A stretch of 64,000 nucleotides of DNA from an uncultured archaeon (lineage in GTDB: Archaea; Asgardarchaeota; Jordiarchaeia; Jordiarchaeales; Jordiarchaeaceae), in the NCBI GenBank assembly GCA_964510585.1, contig CAZECW010000187.1, positions 31,912 to 95,911 of the forward strand, given 5' to 3'. The number at the start of each line of letters is the position of its first letter. Positions within the stretch are counted from its first letter, which is position 1. Positions 57,830 to 64,000 of the stretch are shown one piece after another. The notes under the pieces were generated by a model. It did no database searches, had not been told where the DNA came from, and saw only the letters and a program-made list of their open reading frames with translations. The position numbers and the translations under genes are program-made.

Positions 57830-58187
57830 AATAATTCTCTCCTAAAACCACACGCTGCAGTTAATCCTTTCTGCTTATCTGATATGTGCTTACATAGGGT
57901 CAGGGGGTAGTTGAATTTTGCACATTTCAGGTATATTTATTGGGTGTTGTAAGGTTTCGAGTGTTCATCGCTTCCAAAATGTTATGTGTGGTGTATCTTT
58001 CGTCAATAGTATGTGCTGAGTTGTAGTGTAATGCCATTTTAATATATTTAACTGTTTTATCAATTTTTATATGAAATTATGGTGTTTCTGGGATTTTACT
58101 AAACTTCTTTTTTAAGAATTAGGGTAATACTCTGGTAACGTCTGGCTATAGTTTCTCACTCTACAGGGATAATAGTCAATATAATAA

Positions 58188-59726
58188 GTGACTTTCACTA
58201 GGTTTTTTAAAGGCGGTGGGTTCGATTTGATGTCCCTGGATAGATTCAAGTGTACTTCTTGTAATGAGGCTGAGGCGGCTTACTACTGTGAGGAGTGCAA
58301 ATCAGCTTTCTGTCTGGGATGCGCCCAGGAGAGAAGGGAGGAGTTTTTTATCTGCGGTTCATGTGGCTTCAAGGAAACAAACCTTGGAATGGATAGGGAT
58401 AAGAAAAGCTCCTCAAGATGTCCGAATTGTGGTTCAACTGATTTGAGATCTGGGATTAGAAAATGGAAACTTTGTCCTAATTGTCGCTCTGGTATGGTTA
58501 TAAGCGTTCAAGATAAGAGGGTGGAGCTTAAAAAAACCTTTATTGATAATGTTAACAGCATTCTATATGGTTATGAATTGTTGAAAGATTTTTCGAGGAG
58601 ACTTAGGGAAACTAGAAAGAGGCTAATCTTTCTCAGGCACAGAAGGTATTTCCACTATCCAAAAATGGAGGAAACTCTAATCTCCCTTTTCCAAGAAATT
58701 ATTTCCTTGAAAAAGAAGGTGGAGGCGCGGGCTCAACAGGTCTTAAATGTGATTCAAGTGCAACTCGTGGATTTTTCTTACCCTGATAATTGGAGCCCAC
58801 GTGATTTTGCACAGATTCAAACAGCTGTGGACAGGATAAAAGCCGATGTGAATGACTACAAAGTATATGTGAAGGGTCTTATGGAACTACCTGAAAGGAA
58901 TCTCGATACGGTTGTTTCCTTGGTAAAATTGCTGAGTTTTCATTGGAAGTTCTTTGAGGAACATAGAGAAAAAATTGATTTAGAAATTGGGGAAAAACCT
59001 GTGGCAGCCATTCAGAGGGTAAAATATGTGGGAAGCTCTTTTCTCAGTTTAGAAAAATGTAGTGGAATACTTTTGTTAACAGATAAAAGGATAATTTTTA
59101 TCAGAGAAAAAGGAATTTTAAACAAGTCGTACCAGAAACATTTTGAACTCCCCCTAAAAGCTCACAAAATCGTAGTTGAAGGATCAATATGGAAAAAACT
59201 CTCTTTTGAAGGTTCCCAAGGGGATGTGCGATTCTCCGCATCCAAAAATACCCTAAAAGCAATTGAAAGATACGTAGAATTGGCTAAAAACTTTGATAAA
59301 AGTTCCATAAAGGATAAAACCCAAACTGACAAATTGGAAAAGCTGGAAATAACCCTAGACGACCTGAAAACTGAGCTACACAAAAAAATTATGAGCGTTT
59401 TCACACCCCAAATTAAGGAGCCCACTCGCGGATTTGAACTACAGCCACCTGTTCCCACCGTTACCCCCAGAGTTGCTCAAAAGTCCGCACCCCCACTAAC
59501 CACTTATAATCGGGTACAAGTTCAAACTGTGGAAGGATCAAAAAGAGGGGATGTTCTGGATTGGGAACGAAGGAAATTCTCCATTGAGCAGCTTCTCAAA
59601 AAAATTGAGGAACTTTGGCGGCGTGGAGACATTTCTGTAGAGGAGTACCTGAAAAGAATGAAGAATCTTTATGAGGAACTCTACGTCTTGAACCAGAAAT
59701 TAAAGGAAATCGAAGTTCAGGCGTAA
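58188..59726 (+). CDS. multi-zinc-finger / coiled-coil / PH-like (GRAM or bacterial-PH) / SHOCT-like tail protein
   Basis: The N-terminal B-box-like 'CTSCNEAEAAYYCEECKSAFCLGCA' is followed by two CxxC ribbons and a long coiled coil. 'GILLLTDKRIIFIREKG' is PH/GRAM-like. The C-terminal 'ELWRRGDISVEEYLKRMKNL' is SHOCT-like. Confidence 0.45.
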   Translation: MTFTRFFKGGGFDLMSLDRFKCTSCNEAEAAYYCEECKSAFCLGCAQERREEFFICGSCGFKETNLGMDRDKKSSSRCPNCGSTDLRSGIRKWKLCPNCRSGMVISVQDKRVELKKTFIDNVNSILYGYELLKDFSRRLRETRKRLIFLRHRRYFHYPKMEETLISLFQEIISLKKKVEARAQQVLNVIQVQLVDFSYPDNWSPRDFAQIQTAVDRIKADVNDYKVYVKGLMELPERNLDTVVSLVKLLSFHWKFFEEHREKIDLEIGEKPVAAIQRVKYVGSSFLSLEKCSGILLLTDKRIIFIREKGILNKSYQKHFELPLKAHKIVVEGSIWKKLSFEGSQGDVRFSASKNTLKAIERYVELAKNFDKSSIKDKTQTDKLEKLEITLDDLKTELHKKIMSVFTPQIKEPTRGFELQPPVPTVTPRVAQKSAPPLTTYNRVQVQTVEGSKRGDVLDWERRKFSIEQLLKKIEELWRRGDISVEEYLKRMKNLYEELYVLNQKLKEIEVQA

Positions 59727-59808
59727 ACCGTTACAAACTAGATATCTATAACTTAATTACCTAAAAACCATTGAAATTTTTGAAAATTGTGTAAAAAGAA
59801 ATTCTCAA

Positions 59809-60444
59809 TTACTCCTTTTCTTTGGGCTTCTTTGAACTCTCCAATTCCCTTTTCAGGTCTTCTAGCTCAGATGCCAAGGAAGATTTTTCTGTTATTATGT
59901 CCCCCTGCGGTACTTTGGGTTCCTCTATGCCCTCCAATGCAATTTCCGCCTCTAGACGGTTTAACTCACTTTCAATATCTCCTGCCTCTTCGACGCCCAT
60001 TTCGGAAGGAGTTGCCAAAATGTCTGAGCTTCTAGAAATATCGCGCATAGCTTCCTCTTGCTCTATAATCATTTCGAGTATCTTTTCTGAGTTGACGAGT
60101 TTTCGGGCGTTTTCAAGCTCTGCTCCGGCGAGTTCAAATGCTTCCTTGAGTTCTAAGACATCATAGGCTTCTTCTATGGCGATGATTCTCGTTTCAAGGT
60201 TCTCAATAAATGCGGTGTACTTGCCTAGAAAATTCTGGTATCTTCTGAATTTTCTGAGGGCGAATGTTGCCATGCCTTTGTTGCCCATTTTTAGATACTG
60301 TTTAGCCTTGTTTCTTTCCTCGATTGCCTTCCTCTCGTAGTTTCGTGAACGCAGAGTTAGCCTATTTATACTAGTTCTTAGCTGTGCGATTATCTCGTCC
60401 TTGTTTTTGGGCCTTTTTCCAAAGAGTATATCTTTAATACTCAT
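59809..60444 (-). CDS. ESCRT-III / Snf7-family protein
   Basis: The α1-α2 hairpin 'AIEERNKAKQYLKMGNKGMATFALRKFRRYQNFL...LETRIIAIEEA' is the Snf7 signature. The C-terminus is acidic with a MIM1-like 'LEDLKRELE'. Confidence 0.7.
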   Translation of the reverse strand: MSIKDILFGKRPKNKDEIIAQLRTSINRLTLRSRNYERKAIEERNKAKQYLKMGNKGMATFALRKFRRYQNFLGKYTAFIENLETRIIAIEEAYDVLELKEAFELAGAELENARKLVNSEKILEMIIEQEEAMRDISRSSDILATPSEMGVEEAGDIESELNRLEAEIALEGIEEPKVPQGDIITEKSSLASELEDLKRELESSKKPKEKE

Positions 60445-60540
60445 ACTTTTCTCCTCTAAGAGTATTCATAGGTTACCTAATAAATATAATAACTTCAATT
60501 CTTTATTAAACTATACTCTTTAGGCATTATTATACATATT

Positions 60541-61578
60541 CTACCCATATATTCTGTTTATTTCTTTTTGTCTGGTTTCAATAAAATCGATGAAATTTTC
60601 CAGTGAAGGATCCTCCTCAGCTTCTTCATGAACTAGTTCTGCTATGCTGAGCAGGGAGGCTGCTACATGTGTGCGTGCGGGCTCGGATTTTATCTCGGGC
60701 TTAATGAGAGCTACTATTCTCTTTTCAAAATCATTGAAAGTTAAAATCCTATCCACAAGGAGAATAAATGATTCGGTTATTCCCCTCTCCAAGTCCTGTT
60801 TTTCGTCTAATATCAAGTTGGCTGCCAGATTTTTGAGGGCCGGTTTCACAATGTCCTCTCTAAACCAATTGAAAAGTTTGCTCTTCTTATCTGATGGAGG
60901 AAGAAAGCTTGAAGCAGGGGCACTAATATTTTTAGGCTCTTTTTTAAGGTTCTCCGCCATTTTATGAATATTTGAACTTTTAATGGTCTCCATTGCCGCT
61001 AGTACCAGCGACTTCACCCCCAAAACCACTTCTCCTCTACTAAACCCCTCTAACATTTTTTCCAGAGCATGTCTGGCTTCCTCGAAGGAAACCTCTTTTG
61101 AAATAAAAGACTTGAAAAGTTCCAAGATTTTTGCTCTTGTTTCCAGAGCTTCACTGTAACCAACGCTATCCAGTGTCAAGATTCTGTAGCCTGGATCCAG
61201 AACTTGCTTGTCAAACCATCTTACAACTATGTATTCATCAGTAATTCTCTCTAAATCTTTTAGAGTAAGTTTGGGATCAGCTTCCTCCAACTCATTGCAA
61301 AGCTGCGAAGCGAATGTTTCAAATACTGAAGAGACGTAGTTTTGGAGAACTTCATCCAATTTGAGACCTTCTAAAATCTTCTCAACCCTCTTTTTGAACG
61401 CGGGCTCAGAAATTTTTCCCTCCACCCGCTTTTTAAAATATGGAAACACTTTCTCCCTGACCATTTGAGATTTCTCAATAAAATTAGCTACAATACTGTC
61501 TAGGACGCCGAAAACCACATACTCAAAAAATTCTCTTAAGATTTTTAGACCCTCTTCTGAATCAAAAATGTAGGGCAT
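60541..61578 (-). CDS. hypothetical α-helical protein (345 aa) between the HerA-like ATPase and Snf7 genes
   Basis: There is no motif. Its position inside the putative operon is the only evidence. Confidence 0.3.
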   Translation of the reverse strand: MPYIFDSEEGLKILREFFEYVVFGVLDSIVANFIEKSQMVREKVFPYFKKRVEGKISEPAFKKRVEKILEGLKLDEVLQNYVSSVFETFASQLCNELEEADPKLTLKDLERITDEYIVVRWFDKQVLDPGYRILTLDSVGYSEALETRAKILELFKSFISKEVSFEEARHALEKMLEGFSRGEVVLGVKSLVLAAMETIKSSNIHKMAENLKKEPKNISAPASSFLPPSDKKSKLFNWFREDIVKPALKNLAANLILDEKQDLERGITESFILLVDRILTFNDFEKRIVALIKPEIKSEPARTHVAASLLSIAELVHEEAEEDPSLENFIDFIETRQKEINRIYG

Positions 61579-61594
61579 TTAAATTCACCAAGAA

Positions 61595-63964
61595 TCATTC
61601 GATGAGTGACCTGCGCAGCTGCTCGATTTTTTCGAAAGTTTTCCTCTTTAAGAAAACATATTCATCCTCAGTCATCCTACCCAACTCAAAGTACTCATGT
61701 AGGCTCCTCAAATATTTCTGGAATTTCTCTATCTGCCTCAGAATCTCCTCCTGCCTTTTCTCCTTATCAGACACCTGTTCTTCCTCCTCTTCCTCTAATG
61801 GTTTAACACCCACTGGTTCGCTTACCGGTTTACTAATTTCCGGTTTAACGCCCTCTTCGGCGCTGATTCTGGGTATTGGTGGTGGGCTGGGTAATTCTGG
61901 AAGTTCTTCCTCTGTTATGGTTTCTCTCGTTAAGGGTTTTGGTCTTGGTGTGCGGGGAGCCGCCTTTAAGCCTTTAACTGTCTCTTTAATTGTTGTTACC
62001 ATGCCTGCTGCCTCATTTTTAAGCGCCGAAGTGGATGAAACACTAATTATTGTGTTTTCCTCGGTTTCAACTATCCCTACGGCCAATCTTGATTTCTCCT
62101 TGGAGGCTAAAACTACAGGTACGCTTTTTGTTGTGTCTATCTCTATTTGCCAACCTTCCTCCTTCAATTTTGTGTAGATTTCACGGATGGCTTCTCTGCT
62201 ATGCGCCTGTGTCACTATTGGTTCTGCTACTCCCTCCATTTTGGGGGCAGGGTACAAATGATCATAAAATCTGTATTCCAAGACTCGTTTTAGGTAGTCG
62301 GAGGCCAAATCCGTCGGTAAGCTGAGCACGGGCGGGGCTGGTATTGATATGTCTGGGGACACTTCCACCATTTCTTCTTCTGTAACTTCTTCCAAAGCTT
62401 CTAAAGCCTCAGCCTCTGCTTCGGGTGTGCCTCTTGTTTCCTCAACAGTTTTCTCAATTTCTGGAGTGGCAACCTGTTTTGAAGCAATGGCTGTGAGTTC
62501 TTCAATTATCTTGGGAAGGGCTTCGCGGCCAGAATGCTGACTCAGCCTGGGTCTTATCTTAACTACAAGGGCACGGTTACTTGTGATAGATTCGTCTGAA
62601 ACAATGGTCATTCCAACGGGAATGTTTCGTATAAATCCAGAATCCTTTATTTCTATGGGGACTTCCGCTGGTGATCTTTTTATGAAGGCAATAATGTCTG
62701 GTTCATAGGACAAATAGTGTGTTATCAACACGTCTAGTTGAGATAAAATTCTACTATCTGTGGCTGAGGGTTGCTGGGTCACAAGCACTAATCCACAGCC
62801 GGGTTTTCTTCCCAGTTTAGCATATTCTACGAGGGGTTCAGAAGCTGCGGTAACACCCTTAGAGGGAGCGAGTAGATGCGCTTCGTCAATCATCAGCCAA
62901 GTCACAGGAATCTCCGCCTCAACCTTTTCATCGATTGTTTCGCCCAACTGTGCAGCCTCTTCCATTCTTGATATCTGTGCTCTCACCTTGAGTATCTTAC
63001 GTGCCAGTATACCAATGATTAGGGCACGCAGGCTGTCATCTAGATGACTTACGTCAATGACAGATACCTGATTGGGAACCGCTAACTGAGTTAAGCTAGT
63101 TCCTTTGGCTGAGAAGATTCCCCACTGATTCGCAGATGAAAGTCTAGCAACCAAAGCTCTTCTAGTGTCACGTCTAAATCCTTTGTCCTCAGAAATGATG
63201 TCGGAACAATTCTCGATACATTTAATTAAATCCTCTATGCTGTAATCGTTTCCTTTACCGGGGACATCTAGTTCTTGGTCATCAATTGTAGCTCTGTAGC
63301 CTTTTTTAACCCTATCAATGACCTGTTCTGTTAAGAGACCGAGCGTGCTAAACCTGTCTATACCAAAGGTGTGGCACCAATCGTCAGCTGTTAACTCTGA
63401 AGGCCTCAACGAGAAGGGCTTATCCCTCGTTTGCTCCGGAACCTTATCATAGAAACCGATTGGAATAAAGACCTTCACGTTATCGAAGCCCTTGGGAGTG
63501 AGACTCCATTTTTCAAGAGCCTCCAATTCCTTTTCGTCCCAATTGGGGTACTTCATACTCCAAAAAATTCCCATAGGATCAACAATAATTGTAGCGATTC
63601 CCAGTCTTGATTCAGCCAATTCCTCCGCAATGACTCCCATAGTGTAGGATTTGCCAGAGCCCCTATGACCACTTATAAATATAACGTGAGGCTTTACCCC
63701 ATCAAGAAGAACCTTACAACCAAGCAGGTTCACATCTTTGCTGGTTCTCTCTCCCACACAACCAATGTAAAATGTTCCCTTGCAGCCAAGTTTGGCTTGT
63801 GTGGATTTTGTTCTCCCCAAAATTACTGATTCGCCCAAACTGTCTCTCAGAACGGTGAGTGGAGTGTCAACTATTTTAGGCGTGTCAACTATGTTTACCT
63901 TCTCAGAGTTAATTATGCTCGCCTCACCAAGAATGTAGGCCAACGCCTGCCAATAGTCCTTCAA
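61595..63964 (-). CDS. HerA/FtsK-superfamily (DUF87-like) ATPase with long acidic/Pro-rich linker and SHOCT-like C-terminal tail
   Basis: Walker A 'ISGHRGSGKSYT', 'IIVDPMGIF' (HerA 'DPHGEY'-like), Walker B 'LMIDEAHLL' and 'GRKPGCGLVLVTQQPS' are present. The C-terminal 'LGRMTEDEYVFLKRK' is SHOCT-like. Confidence 0.7.
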   Translation of the reverse strand: MKDYWQALAYILGEASIINSEKVNIVDTPKIVDTPLTVLRDSLGESVILGRTKSTQAKLGCKGTFYIGCVGERTSKDVNLLGCKVLLDGVKPHVIFISGHRGSGKSYTMGVIAEELAESRLGIATIIVDPMGIFWSMKYPNWDEKELEALEKWSLTPKGFDNVKVFIPIGFYDKVPEQTRDKPFSLRPSELTADDWCHTFGIDRFSTLGLLTEQVIDRVKKGYRATIDDQELDVPGKGNDYSIEDLIKCIENCSDIISEDKGFRRDTRRALVARLSSANQWGIFSAKGTSLTQLAVPNQVSVIDVSHLDDSLRALIIGILARKILKVRAQISRMEEAAQLGETIDEKVEAEIPVTWLMIDEAHLLAPSKGVTAASEPLVEYAKLGRKPGCGLVLVTQQPSATDSRILSQLDVLITHYLSYEPDIIAFIKRSPAEVPIEIKDSGFIRNIPVGMTIVSDESITSNRALVVKIRPRLSQHSGREALPKIIEELTAIASKQVATPEIEKTVEETRGTPEAEAEALEALEEVTEEEMVEVSPDISIPAPPVLSLPTDLASDYLKRVLEYRFYDHLYPAPKMEGVAEPIVTQAHSREAIREIYTKLKEEGWQIEIDTTKSVPVVLASKEKSRLAVGIVETEENTIISVSSTSALKNEAAGMVTTIKETVKGLKAAPRTPRPKPLTRETITEEELPELPSPPPIPRISAEEGVKPEISKPVSEPVGVKPLEEEEEEQVSDKEKRQEEILRQIEKFQKYLRSLHEYFELGRMTEDEYVFLKRKTFEKIEQLRRSLIE

Positions 63965-64000
63965 ACTTTTAAGATCAATTTGTTCCGCAATATATCTTCT

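Noticed and set aside
61595-63964. Interpreting the HerA-like ATPase as the canonical HerA-NurA DNA end-resection helicase
   Set aside because: There is no nurA, mre11 or rad50 in the vicinity. The protein carries a long C-terminal acidic/Pro-rich linker and a SHOCT-like tail that are atypical of HerA. The gene is therefore kept as a HerA/FtsK-superfamily ATPase of unknown role.

Overview
This 64 kb window is a dense archaeal chromosomal segment. Its hallmarks are Alba, NucS, a euryarchaeal-type multi-OB RPA, aEF-1β, Pth2, FEN-1, Cdc48, diphthine synthase, CTP-dependent RibK/RibL, Taw1, SepRS, FO-synthase-like radical-SAM pair CofG/CofH (MqnC/MqnE not excluded), acetate kinase and a multi-intron tRNA. 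The lineage is probably an uncultured deep-branching archaeon, possibly Bathyarchaeia-like; this is inference, not a database result. I call about 60 protein genes, one tRNA-Lys(CUU) that appears to carry two non-canonical introns, and one IS1634/IS4-family insertion sequence with imperfect terminal inverted repeats. I found no CRISPR array and no rRNA gene. The most interesting locus is at about 55.4-64.0 kb. It contains an ESCRT-III/Snf7 gene with a MIM-like C-terminus. In the same minus-strand gene string are a 345-aa helical protein and a 789-aa HerA/FtsK-superfamily (DUF87-like) ATPase with a SHOCT-like tail. Flanking these are a multi-zinc-finger, coiled-coil, PH-like, SHOCT-like protein, a cysteine-rich protein and a standalone MIT-domain protein. 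There is no Vps4-type ATPase in the window. I propose this as a candidate non-canonical membrane-remodelling or defence module. Other observations worth a second look are listed below. Three genes (GGR, PCMT and possibly SepRS) have conserved N-termini or bodies broken at short homopolymer runs, which points to assembly indels or real frameshifts. Two tandem palindromic 16-bp operator-like repeats sit upstream of an Lrp/AsnC gene. A NikR regulator lies divergent to a P1B heavy-metal ATPase. A longin/Roadblock-like domain is fused to a roughly 550-aa coiled coil. Strand nucleotide skew switches polarity abruptly inside the cdc48 gene. A roughly 400-bp A/C-only non-coding spacer lies upstream of the cyclase gene.
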